From Tubulanus polymorphus (Eukaryota > Animalia > Nemertea): DNA of 64,000 nucleotides. Of the stretch, positions 40,997 through 53,342 are shown piece by piece. The stretch is from the NCBI RefSeq assembly GCF_964204645.1, contig NC_134031.1:12092088-12156087 (forward strand), read 5' to 3'. The first letter of the stretch is position 1; every line of letters begins with the position of its first letter. Below the pieces are notes generated by a model. It did not search any database. It was not told the origin of the DNA and saw nothing but the letters and a program-made list of their open reading frames with translations. The translations under genes were made by a program, and so were the position numbers.

Positions 40997-42269
40997 TTTT
41001 AGCCCACTTGGGACTTTAGTCCCAGCGGGCTATTGTGTTCACTTTTCGTCCGTCGTCCGTCCGTCCGTAGACGGAATCCAGTTATTTTGGGAAGTTTTGA
41101 AGACGCTTCAAGGTAATGTCTTGATATTTGGTTTATACATGTATCTACCCTAGACACATCTTCAGCCCAAAAACTGGCCCTATCAGAATCAAGATGTCCG
41201 ACTGGCAGCCATTGTTGTTCGCCAAAATCAGCACTTTTTACACATTTTCGAAGTTTACGAGGGAAATTTTGAAGACGATATGATCAATTACCTTGATCTT
41301 TCGAATATATTTGAATCTACCAAGGGCCCATCAGCATAAGAAAAATTGGGTCCATCTGACTCAAGATGGTCGTCCTATGACCTTTTTAGTGCCCAAAAAT
41401 GTAAATTTTGGCCAGAATTCTAGGTCCTGTAGCTTCCTATTGGTTTGCCATTTCTCATTGCAATTTGTGATGGGTATTCTTTGTAAAGGGATGTTTTATA
41501 CCTGAGATAGGTATTTTTGATCCACCAATTATGACGCAATTGGCGGCCATCTTGGTGTCATTAGTACTCATTCGTAGGTGGGAAAAAGTTTTTCGACATT
41601 ATATTGTTACCTAAGCATATTTTGTTACAACAATGAATTAGAAAGTTGTAGCGTATAACGTGTTCTATGATTGGGGTGAGTTTCAAGTTCATTGTTTTTT
41701 GTATATGGCCACCAGGGGGCGTTGAATAATACAATATCTTATATCTTACATATTGCTATATTATATTTGTACCAATACATATTTTGTTACCGCAATCAAT
41801 TGCAAAGTTGTAGCTCATGACATCACCTATGATTGTGGTGAGTTTTAAGGAAATTAGTTATTCTATATCGTCACCAGGGGGCGTTGAATAGTAGAATAAC
41901 CTGGTATTTTCTTATTATATTGGTACCTAGGCATATTTCGTTACCATGATCAATTGCAAAGTTGTAGTTCATGACATGTTCTATGAATATGGTGAGTTAC
42001 AAGGTTATTGGGTTTTGAATATGGTCACCAGGGGGCGTTGAATAGTAGATTAACTTAGTATTTCCATATTAAATTAGTAACGAGGCATTTTTTGTTATCA
42101 CAATCAATTACAAAATCGTAGCTGCTGACATGTTTTATGATTGTATTGAGTTTCAAGGTAATTGGTTTTTGTATATGGTCACCAGAGGGCGTTGAATATT
42201 GAAATTGTTAGATTGTTGAGCATTTGAAACCACTTCCCAAGTGGCCATGGTGTCCCTGGACCCCTAGTT
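40997..42269 (+). mobile_element. Full-length HINE (non-autonomous Helentron, DINE-1-like architecture)
   Basis: T-run + subterminal IR (cccacttgg ... ccaagtgg), (CGTC)n microsatellite, ~150-bp tandem core, 3' GC hairpin and CTAGTT end; inserted at TT inside the coiled-coil gene of copy A. Confidence 0.8.
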
Positions 42270-42385
42270 AGACGATGAATTAGTTAATTCAAGAAAAGAA
42301 TAAGAACAATTAAGGTTAGATAGAGATAATAAAGTTATTGAAGAAATTGAATTTTAAATAAGAACTGCATATTTAGAAAAGAGAA

Positions 42386-43238
42386 AGTTTATTTATCAGC
42401 TTATATAAAACTAACTGGTCATGATAATAATTATGTCGTTGATAATGTTGGAAGATATTTAATTAGAAAATTAATTATAAAGATTGGACCAGAAACAGTT
42501 TTCTCATTAGATGATTATAATTTATTTACGCATTATAACGATTTATGGTTAACAAAATAAAATAGAAATAATATGATATTTCAAGGAATTCAATCCTTAA
42601 ATCAAAATAAATTAAGATCTGAAGCTACGATCTGATACGGTAACCGATGAAAATATTGCTTACACAATTCAAACTAAATACAATCAAGGATGTTCATTAT
42701 TATATGCGTAAATTGATAAATTTAAAACTGTAACTATTAATGCAAATGATGAAATAATTAATGAGAATATTAACTTCCCAAGAAGATCTATTAAAGGTAT
42801 ATTGGTATTTTTTTCCATTGCAACATATTCTGATGGTGCAATAAAAGTTGATAATTATTGTAATCCTGAAATATCAAAAGTTGAAATAACTATCGAAGGT
42901 ATAGCAAATCAAATATTTTGCCAAGGAATGAGAATGATTGATCAATGGGTAGAAATTAAAAAACATTTTATGAATGAAAAAATGAAATCATCTGAAGATT
43001 GTAATATTAATCAAATTGATTATTATACCGGCAATAAATATGCATTATTGTTAGATTTTAGAACGACAGAGGATAACTTATTAAATGGTTCTGGGATAAA
43101 TTTACAAAATACAAAAGATGGAAAACAATTATTCATGAAAAAGAAAAGAGGAGGTTTAAATTATTAAATGCATATTTATATTATATCTGACGCGCAACTG
43201 AATATTATAAATTCTCAATTAGATAGTAGTCAATATTA
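42386..43238 (+). pseudogene. Major capsid protein remnant (copy A)
   Basis: Colinear with 53515-54588, with an internal deletion and stops. Confidence 0.8.
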
Positions 43239-43269
43239 AGAATTTAAAGTTAAAATTAACGATATATAA

Positions 43270-43701
43270 ATGGGGGATAAAACAACTCCAAATACTACAG
43301 AACCCTGAGTGTTCGGTTGCTTATGCTTCTGCAAAAAATATATGGCGCCAAGTAAAACAAGAAAAACTAAATAAGACAATCCCACAGAATTTAATTAAAT
43401 ATAAAGATATAAATGATTTTATGTTAGAACAATCAACATATACAACACATACACAAATTGTTAGAAAATATAAAACTCGTAAAACTATGGTAAGTTATGT
43501 AGATTAACAGTAGCAGGGAGATTTAATTGATATGAAAAATCTTAAAAAAGACAATAATGATTATTGATGGATATTAAATATAATTGATATTTTTAGTCGT
43601 TATGTATGGAGCTTCCCACTTTATAGAAAAGATGCTGCACAAACATCAAATGTTTTAAGAAAATTTCATTCGGGTGGTAGACTAAAACCAGAAAAAATAC
43701 A
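43270..43701 (+). pseudogene. int: RVE integrase of copy A, 5' half (continues at 61756-62245)
   Basis: NPECSVAY..., QGDLIDMKN, WILNIIDIFSRY, KPEKIQ, then interrupted by copy B. Confidence 0.85.
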
Positions 43702-43999
43702 AGTAATAGGGGTAATAGGCTTTCATATCAAAGGTCGAGAGGTCGAGAAAGTAAAAAAATTCAACCTTTGATATGAAAGCCTATTACCCCTATTACTCTT
43801 AAAATATTCATATACATGAATAACATTTAAATTGACAGATTAGTCAATATAAAAGTGTAAGCTCTTATAGAATAGATATATAGATATATTTTAAACATTA
43901 TTTCAATATTTATATTTGTATGAGTTAGATTTTTTTACATTAAAAGTGTTAGTAAAGTGTGATTGAAATAATTCATATTTAAATCATTGAACTTCTAAA
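43702..43999 (+). repeat. Left TIR with terminal hairpin (arms 43702-43738 / 43761-43797)
   Basis: Reverse complement of 61403-61749 except for a deleted hairpin tip. Confidence 0.9.
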
Positions 44000-44029
44000 A
44001 TCAATTAAAAAAAAAAATTTAGTATTAAA

Positions 44030-47000
44030 ATGGAAGCAAATAAGTACTACTGTCCAACATGTAATATCAATATAGATAAATCCCAAAAATCAAGACACAA
44101 TAAAACTCAAACACATTTAGAGAATAAATTGAAATTAGAATATGAAGATGATATATTAGAAACTAAATTAGATGAATTAAAGAATGAAAAAGAAACATAC
44201 AAATGTGATACATGTAATCTATCATTCAGTGATAAAAGATATTATAATGAACATTTAAAATCTAAAAGTCATATTAGAAATATGAATAATGATATTTTAG
44301 GTGAAGATTATTTTGATAAAGATAATGATAAGAAACAGAAGACAATTAAAAGCATAAAAAATAAATTAAACAATAAAAGACCATACATGGAAGATGTAAG
44401 AAAATATATTAATTTATTGGATAATAAAAAGATATAGAGATAACCGAAGCATTTAAAAGTGATATTGGTCCAGCAGCTATCGAGTTTAAATTTCATAAAG
44501 GAAAAACATTAGAAGAAAATAAAAAACATTTAGAAAATATGAAAGAAATAATAAAAATAATAACTGATGTTGAATATCCTAAAATAAGTATATCTTCTAA
44601 AGTTAAATTCATAAAATCTGAAGATAAACCAATATATCATATAAATTCTCATTCACAACATATTATTTCAAAACAACATATAGATGATAAATTAGATAAA
44701 TGTTATAATGAAGTAAAAACTAAAATAGAAGAGAAATATTTTGAAGGATCTGGTTTAATATTTGATGAAATAATATTTATGACTTTACATGTGTATAACA
44801 CAAAATATGATAAGTTAACGAAATCAAAACCAATAGATGAAAATAATGTATCATATTATAAAGAACCAGATATTGAAGCATCGAGTTATATTAAACTACC
44901 ATTTAAAACTAATGCTGTTATAAATGTACAAAATGAAGATGATAAATGTTTTCTATGGGCTATAATTAGTTGCTTACATCCAACAGAAGATATTACACAT
45001 AGTTTTAGATTAACTCATTATAAACCATTTGAAAATAATTATAAGATAGATAAGTATCCTGTTATAATTATAAACATCCCAAAAATAGAAAGAGATAATA
45101 ATATAAAGATAAATGTATTTGATTTAATCAAATTACCAAATACAAAAGGTAATAATATAAAACATTATCCATTAGAACCTTTATATCTATCAAAAGATTA
45201 TGATTCAAATGATGTTATAGATATATTATATTATGAGAATCATTATATGTGGATTAAACAAATAGATTTATTCTTTAGAACAGAAAGTGATCACCATAAT
45301 AAAATATATCTTTGTAGAAAATGTTTACATAAATTCAGTAATGAAAGTACATTATTAAATCATAAACAATTATGTGAAAAAGAAAGAAATTAAATTCTAA
45401 TGAAAATGATTTTTCAGAGGAACCGCCAAAAACAAATACAATTAAAAAGATTCATCAATCAGCTGCAGCTTTCGGGTTATATATAAAATCTGATTATCCA
45501 CAAGTAATTGAAAGTGAATATTATCATTATAGAAATGAAAATGTTATCAATCATTTTTGTGACTTATTAATTGAACATGAAATAAGATTTAGTAAATTAT
45601 TGAATACAAATATAGAAATTATAATGACAGAAGAAGATAAAGAAGCATTTGAGTTTGCAGATAAATGTTATTATTGTGAAAAGATATTTAATTATAAAGA
45701 TAAAAAAATAAGAGACCATGATCATTTGAATGGAAAGTTTAGAGGCGCTGCGCATGAGAATTGTAACTTACAAGCTAAGAAAATTAACTTTGTACCAGTT
45801 ATATTTCATAATCTATCAGGATATGATGCACATTTATTCATCAAACAGTTATGTCATAAAATAGAAGAAATTAATAATGAAATAGAAAGATTAAATTCAA
45901 ATAGATCAAAAGATAAAATACCAACTTATAAATTTAAAATGTTAGCTAAAACATCTGAGAATTATATATCATTCCAATTTGGTTGCCTAAGATTTATAGA
46001 TTCATATAGATTTTTAAATAGTTCATTAGATAACTTATCAAAATCATTAGTTGATGATGAATTAAAAATATTAAAGCAACACTACCCAAATAATGATGAT
46101 TTCCAATTAATGAGATATAAAGGCGCAATTCCATATTCTTTCTATAAAAATCATAATGATTTTAACATAACTGAATTATTGAAAGAACAATTCTATGATG
46201 AATTAAAAAATGAATATGTTAAAGATGAAGTATATAATAGAACATTGAATATTTGGAATCATTTCAAAATAGAAAATCATGGGAAATTAGTAGATTTATA
46301 TTTAAAATCAGATGCATTATTATTAACCGATATATTTGAAAGGTTTAGAGATGTAAACCTAAAATATTTTAATATTGATCCTTGTTATTGTTATTCAAGT
46401 CCAGGATTAACATGGGATTGTGGTTTAAAATTTACAGATATAAAAATGGATTTGTTAACAAATATAGATCAATTATTATTATTTGAAAAATCTATAAGAG
46501 GAGGAGTTTCAGGTGTATTAGGTGATAGATATTTCAAAGTAAATGATAATCCTGGATATAAATTATTATATATAGATGCAAATAATTTGTATGGTTGGGC
46601 AATGATGGAACCACAACCTTATGGAGTATTTGAAATAAGTGAAGTTTTACAACGTGAAAATAATGATAAATTTGATTGGAAGAAAAGAATTCTAGATATT
46701 GCAGATGATTCAGATACTGGTTACTTCTTTGTTGTAGATTTAGAATATCCTGAACATATTAAATTTAAATCTAGAAATCTAGCTTACTGTCCCGAAAACT
46801 GTAACTCATGAAGAATTATCAAATTACCAAAAAAAGAATTAAACCCGAAAATGATATTCATACAGAAAAGTTAATGGTAACTCAGGAAGATAAATATAAT
46901 TTAGAATGTTGAAGTTTTATCTAAATCAAGGAATGATTCTAAAAAAAGTACATAGATATATTTCATTCAATCAATCTAAATGGTTAGAAAAATATATAGA

Positions 47001-47892
47001 TTTTAACACCAAACAGAGAAGTAAAGCTAAAACTGATTTCGGAAAAGATTTCTTCAAGTTAATGAATAATGCATTCTATGGTAAGACTTGTGAAAATATT
47101 AGAAATAGAAATGATATTGAGTTAGTCAGTAATGGTAAAAGAATTAGACGTTTACAAACATATCCTAAGTTCATAGGTAACAGAATATTTGATGAAAATT
47201 TAGCTGCAGTTAAGATGAGAAGAACATCAATGAAATTTAACAAACCAATCTATGTTGGCGCTTCAGTTTTAGAATTATCAAAATTACTAATGTATGAATT
47301 CTATTATAATGTATTACAACCACTTTTTGGAGAAAAACATATATAAATCTTATATTTTGATACAGATTCTTACATATTAAAGATAAAAACTAATAACATA
47401 ACCGATGATTAAAAAACATTAAAACATCATTTTGATTTCAGTAATTATCCTAAAGATCATGAATTGTTTAGCAATGATAATAAAAAAGTTCCCGGTAAAT
47501 TCAAAGATGAATTAGGTGGCGAAGAAATGATTGAATTCATTGGTATTAGATCTAAAATGTATTCATATAAAACTAAAGAACATGAAGCTAAAAAGTTAAA
47601 AGGAATAACCAAAAGTGTAGTAGAAAAGAATATTCATTTCAAAGATTACATCAATTGTATATTCAATGAAGAAGTTAGAAAACATAAGATGAAATGTTTA
47701 AGATCTGAAGATCATGAAATGTTTATTGAAGAAATTGAAAAGGTTAGTCTAAACCCATTTGATGATAAAAGATATATTTTAGATGATGGAATTCATACAG
47801 TTGCTTATGGTTGTAATTTAGATGAATACTTAAAATTTAAAAGAGAAGAAACAAAAGAGAAGGAAATAATGAAAAGAATTCTAACGTGTTAA
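44030..47892 (+). pseudogene. polB: Protein-primed family B DNA polymerase polyprotein, split over ORFs 44030, 44539, 45600, 46906 and 47464
   Basis: Two C2H2 fingers; EGSG (terminal-protein-like); DDKCFLWA..HYMWI (OTU-like protease region, inferred); EndoVII-like CYYC..DHDH..GAAH..CN; YLKSD; motif A YIDANNLYG; motif B KLMNNAFYGK; motif C YFDTDS (~47352). Exo I region deleted relative to copy A. Confidence 0.95.
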
Positions 47893-47922
47893 TCAAATTT
47901 TAATAAAAAATATGTTATTAAA

Positions 47923-48276
47923 ATGGAGAGTAAACAAACACACAGTGAGAACAACAAATTATTTCTAGATAGAATAAAAGATACTTCAAATATCAAATCA
48001 GTAGATTATAAATTTAAGAAGTCAAAAGAATTAATAATCCATAAGAAATATCTAATTACAAATATTGATACAGTTACTAACAAATATGGAGATAAATTAG
48101 TTATACACTTAGAATATGAAGGATTAAAAGGAAATACATATAAATTCAGAACATATTTACCGGATAGATTTCATAGATTATCAAGTGAAGATCTAGAAGA
48201 ATTATGTTGTGGTGATTTCTATTTCGTATACAAAGGTAAGAATGAAAAAGGGCACCATGAAATAGATTTCGAATAA
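47923..48276 (+). CDS. Hypothetical 117-aa protein, possibly a small beta-rich ssDNA-binding type
   Basis: Intact ORF directly after pPolB; NKYGDKLVIHL..YLPDRF pattern; function is a guess. Confidence 0.7.
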   Translation: MESKQTHSENNKLFLDRIKDTSNIKSVDYKFKKSKELIIHKKYLITNIDTVTNKYGDKLVIHLEYEGLKGNTYKFRTYLPDRFHRLSSEDLEELCCGDFYFVYKGKNEKGHHEIDFE

Positions 48277-48293
48277 GAAAATATGTAAAATAA

Positions 48294-49041
48294 ATGGTAG
48301 AATTAAAAGAATACAGAATATTTGTTGATTCTAGAAAACTTACAAATTATAAATCACATAATTTACTAGTTCAATTAGATAGAGAATTTAAGAATTGTGT
48401 TGATTTAAAATTAGTTAATATAAGTTTATGTAATTCTTTTCATAATATATCGAATAAAAGTCTTGATCATTTAGCTTTTAAAATTCATGTTAGAAATTTG
48501 AATAAATGGTTTCATCTTTATCTAAAACCAGGATTATATAATTTAGAAACATTAGCGCAAGAAATTAATAGAAGAGCTCGTTTAAAAATGGGCGCAGCTG
48601 CTAGATTTGAAATTAAATTTATCAAAAGTGATAGTTCCAATAAAATAAGAATAAAGTTAACTAATGAACAACATAGATTTCTAGTAAGAAAACCTTTAGC
48701 TAAACTGTTTGGAATTCTCCTGGATAGAGATTATTCAAACTTATACAAATTTAATGACTTTTACACATTTTTATATTTATTGCAATTTAATCAATCCTAC
48801 AAAAACATTTGAAGCAACTAAAGATACAATTTGTAATTCTAGTATATTAAATATTTTACCATTAAAAAATGTCAAACAATTTGGAACTCAAATCAATTAT
48901 AATTTAACTGAATGTGATTTTAAACCTTGTATTCCACATTTCAATAATTTTAAATTAGAAATAAGAAATCATAATGGTTATTTAATTGATTTGAATAACT
49001 TTCCTGTGATATATGAATTAGTTATAGTGTGTAGAGAGTAA
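48294..49041 (+). pseudogene. Minor capsid (penton) protein, one frameshift near 48720
   Basis: IFVDS..., CNSFHNI, LKPGLYN, FYIYCNLI, LEIRNHNGYLIDLNNFP..ELVI: pattern typical of Polinton/virophage single jelly-roll penton. Confidence 0.75.
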
Positions 49042-49057
49042 TTTTTTCATTATATAA

Positions 49058-49636
49058 ATGAATATAACTGTTGGACCGAGTATATGTTTTGGGTTTGATT
49101 TTAAACGTGAGAAAGAAATGAAATTCAACATTTCTGATGTAATTACACATATTAAAAATATTGCATTTTCTAATGAAACAACATTTGAGTATGAAAAGAC
49201 AATAGATAAAGAAACTTTAAATGTAGAAAAGATTACTAATTTAATTAGAGAATCTTTAAGATTTTATGAATTAGATGAAGATTTTATCATCGATGATATT
49301 AAAAAAATAATAATTGAAATATATACAAATGAAACTAGTAATGAAATAAATGTTGAATTAATCATCACTAAGATAACTAAATATTTTGATGATAGTAATT
49401 TTGTTGATAAATATATGAGTGATAATAAGTGGATAATAACTGGATTATATAATGGAGCATTACTATCAGTTGGAACTGTTGGTTATTCAATGGTATTAAA
49501 AAAAGTATTCAAAATGGGAAGTGTTAATGTTGATAGATTTGATATAAATGATATCTTAAAATTAACGTTAGCAGTTACTTTATCTAATTTAACTATTGAT
49601 TATTTGGAAAAACAAAAATATATTCCTCCCATATAA
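49058..49636 (+). CDS. Hypothetical protein with a hydrophobic C-terminal domain; probably a fusion of two genes (second start 49415)
   Basis: The C-terminal part is a separate ORF in copy A (32127); TAAAT sits at 49408, just before the internal ATG. Confidence 0.7.
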   Translation: MNITVGPSICFGFDFKREKEMKFNISDVITHIKNIAFSNETTFEYEKTIDKETLNVEKITNLIRESLRFYELDEDFIIDDIKKIIIEIYTNETSNEINVELIITKITKYFDDSNFVDKYMSDNKWIITGLYNGALLSVGTVGYSMVLKKVFKMGSVNVDRFDINDILKLTLAVTLSNLTIDYLEKQKYIPPI

Positions 49637-49660
49637 ATGCATATTTTTTTTGCTAAATAA

Positions 49661-50081
49661 ATGGCTTCTGCAATTATAACTATTATAGGATCGGCAATTG
49701 TTAACGCTTTAGCATTTACTGGTGGTGGTTATTTATTCAAGCATATTGATAAAAGTAGTTCATTAGGAGAACAAAGAAGACATAACTTAGCATTAGAGAA
49801 ATACAATGAAGCAGCAGAAGAATATAGAGAAAAGAGAAAACTATATGGATTATATTAACAAGGAATTATATGATCAGAAGATTTCACATAGAGATTTTCA
49901 ATCAGTTGATGATGCAATGAGTTTATATAACGCGGTAACCAATAAAGAAAAATTACATCTATACAAACCTAAATTATCAGATTATTATACCCCAAGTAAA
50001 GAACAACAGAAATATGAAATAATATGGATTTTAGGTGGAACTGTTATTGTTATATTTGTTGCTTATAAGTTTACTAATTAG
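49661..50081 (+). pseudogene. Small membrane protein (N- and C-terminal hydrophobic segments), one frameshift
   Basis: MASAIITIIGSAIVNALAFTGG..EQRRHNLALE joined to ..YEIIWILGGTVIVIFVAYK. Confidence 0.7.
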
Positions 50082-50102
50082 TAATTTTTTTTTGCTAAAT
50101 AA

Positions 50103-50528
50103 ATGGATGATAATATTGATATTATTCCTCATGATATAAATAAAACTAAATTAAAAATATATTTAGAAAAACAAATATTAGAATTTGAAAGTGACTTAAA
50201 GATAAAAAAGAAAAAATATTTAAAATCTAAAATTATATATTATCTTATTATTAGTGGTTCAGTTACAATTAGTTCTGTAATAACATTTTTAGCAATATTC
50301 AGTCCATTAACACCTTTAGCTATATCAATTGGTGTATTAGGATTAAGTTCAAGTGTTTTAACTGGTATAAGTTCAAAATTAAATATAAAAAGTAATAAAG
50401 AAAAAATTAAAACTAATATAAAAGAAATTAATAAATTAAAAAATACACTAGATTATATAATAAGTTTAAATGGCCATATAACAGTTGAAGAACAAGATAA
50501 ATTATTAAAAGAATTAATAAATTATTAA
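50103..50528 (+). CDS. Two-TM membrane protein
   Basis: Intact 141-aa ORF; hydrophobic hairpin flanked by Lys-rich coiled segments; conserved in copy A. Confidence 0.75.
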   Translation: MDDNIDIIPHDINKTKLKIYLEKQILEFESDLKIKKKKYLKSKIIYYLIISGSVTISSVITFLAIFSPLTPLAISIGVLGLSSSVLTGISSKLNIKSNKEKIKTNIKEINKLKNTLDYIISLNGHITVEEQDKLLKELINY

Positions 50529-50544
50529 TTTTTTAATTATATAA

Positions 50545-51920
50545 ATGGTAGATAGTTTTCCAAAAGCTTTCCAATATGATAAATCAATTAAATATAATAT
50601 TCCAGCAATAGATTTTAATAAAGATATTACATATAGAAATGAAGTTTTAGATTCATTAACTAATTTAGAAATTTATGTTACTGAAACTAATAATTTTAAT
50701 GCAAAGATGGAAAATATATTTCGTGTATATTTAATTAATTTTAAAAAATTGAAAGATGAAAAACTATTGTTATTAAAATCTAATACCAAGTATTGGCAGA
50801 ACCAATTAAATTTTGCTGTTTATTGTGCAACAACAGGTTGTGGAATTAGTTGGAATGATCATTTGAATAATTCTAAATATAAATTAATTCAAAGTTTATT
50901 TAGATTTCATACATACTTTCAAATCAGAATAATATTAAATGAATTAGAGTGCGCTTTACCAGGATCTAGATATTTTAAAGAATTAGATAATAATATTAAT
51001 TTATCAAAGTTTTATAAAATTTGTAATGAATTTGATATAGATATAAATAATTCTGATTTTAGAACAAAAATTGGAACAATAAGATCACTTCCTTGCCCTA
51101 AAAAGATTGCAGAATATTGTGGACTTCCCATACCATCTAATAGCTTTTATAATATCTATAATAATAAATTAGGTTATGCTAAAATAGAAACAAAGGATTT
51201 AGAATTTCAATAAATTACCGAAATTTTATGATCATTTAAAACAAGAAAACAATAATGGTTGGGTTTATTTTAGAAAATAATGAAGGTTTTACAAAATCAG
51301 GTATACAAAGAATAACTCAATCTAGTAGAACTTATTTGATATGTATTCTAGGATCACAGGTTGAAACAAGATCCCCAATAATTGGAAATTTAAATACATC
51401 ATTTGATGCACAGAAACAATTCAAAGTATTATTTGAAGATTCAATTCATAATGATAAAAATAGATCGATTCCAGAAAACATTGTAAGATATCAAAATTAT
51501 CTAGATAAATCACATATTAGACTAAATTATTGTATAGGCCCTAATCTATTAATTATTTCTAATGATTTAGTATTAAAGATGGGAAACATAATTGGTTATA
51601 ATAATCTAATTAAAACTGCAACAATAAATAATTCATTTGGATTAAATGATATAAATAAAAAGATTATTACTGCTCCAAAATTAATGGAAGGTGAAAAAAA
51701 TAAAAAACATATTCAATCAACTGAAACTAAAACTAATAATATTAAATTAAATAATGATTCTAAAATAGAAGATTACAATACATCAGAAGATATAAAAACT
51801 GATAATATTCAACATGATATAATTAAACTAAATGATGATAATAAATCCCATGAAAATACTAAATTAGCTATAACTTGTATAGGAATTGTAATCGGAGGAA
51901 TATTATATTTTAAATTTTAA
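50545..51920 (+). pseudogene. Conserved unknown protein (WQNQLNFAVYCATTGCG) with C-terminal TM anchor, split near 51213-51255
   Basis: Two consecutive ORFs; only the first has the TAAATG start; ends LAITCIGIVIGGILYFKF; homolog in copy A. Confidence 0.65.
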
Positions 51921-51935
51921 TTTTTTATTATGTAA

Positions 51936-53318
51936 ATGGATGATGATAATATTGATGATGATGATGATGAATCAGCATATAATTCTAATTTAGCAGATAG
52001 TGGTTCTGAAGGCCCATCAACAGATGAATTTGATAGAACTAGATCGAGAATAAATCCTGAAAATGAAAATCAAGGTTTATTAAAGCAAAATTTAGAATAT
52101 AATGAATATATTTATAATTTCAAACATGTATTTGAAAATTCTGGATATAATATAAATGCTAGAGGCGCCAGACTTTTAGTACAAGAATTAAAGTTTTTAA
52201 ATGGTGAATATTATTATCGTTTGAAAGATGATTCGGATTATTATATTGATATCTCTTATAAAAAATAAGAAAAAATATTAGCAGAACTTTGCTTAAGTTA
52301 GACCTATCTAGAATTAAAAGAATAAGAAATAGTAATGAAGTAGAAAATGCAACACAAGAAGAAAGAAAGAGTATTTAAACAAAGAATTAATAAGTTATTT
52401 GAAACAATCGATAATAATTTAGAACCAAAAAGAAACTCTGAACAGAATAAAACTTCCAAAACTAGTAAACTTAAATCAAATAAAGTTCCAATTGAAAAAC
52501 TTTTACCAAATGGATTACTTGATGCAACAGATCAAGAATTAGAAGATTTAGATATATTTTCTGATAAAGCAATTAGAGAAATTATTAGTATAAGAAATGA
52601 AGCTGATAAAATTGCGCATGATAAAAGTATAAGAGATTTTAAAATTAGAACTTTGGAAAAAGACAGAACTGATAAAATTAAAGAAATAGAACAATTGAAA
52701 TTAGATAGAGATAATAAAGTTTTTGAAGAAATCGAATTTAAAAAAAGAAATGCGTATTTAGAAAAAGAAAAAGATGATTTAGAATATAACATAGAATTAC
52801 AAAAAGAAGAAATTAAATTATTATTAAAATCATATGATTATAATATTAATAGATTAAAAGTTATTTTTAAAGAGTTAATAATAAAACCAGATTCTAAAAT
52901 ATCATTAAAAGATAGAATAAGATTATTATTTAAGTTAGAAGGTATAACAATTCTTTCAATTCTAACAGCTGTAACTATGTTATTTACAACAATAGGTTTA
53001 GCAATATCAAATGCTTTAAAATCTACTCCTACTCCCAATAAACCACATGAACCCCCAGATAATAATTCTATACAAGATAAAGTTAAGGATGGTTTAAAGA
53101 AATTAGCAAAATATTTATGGGAACTATCTAAAAAATCTGCTGCAGCATTACCAGGAATTATTGCATCAATTGTTGGTTTCATATTGAAATCTGCAGGAAA
53201 CATTATTAACTTTGCTGCTGAACATATTATTTTATTTTTAATTACAGTTGTAAGTGCAATTATTTTTGGGTTAGTAAACATGATATCAAAAATATCAAGT
53301 AAACATGATCAAAAATAA
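51936..53318 (+). pseudogene. Acidic / coiled-coil protein with C-terminal hydrophobic helices, split near 52268-52347
   Basis: Long E/K-rich coil followed by EGITILSILTAVTML..., ALPGIIASIVGFIL, HIILFLITVVSAIIFG. Confidence 0.7.
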
Positions 53319-53342
53319 ATAATTAATTTTTTTGTTAAATAA

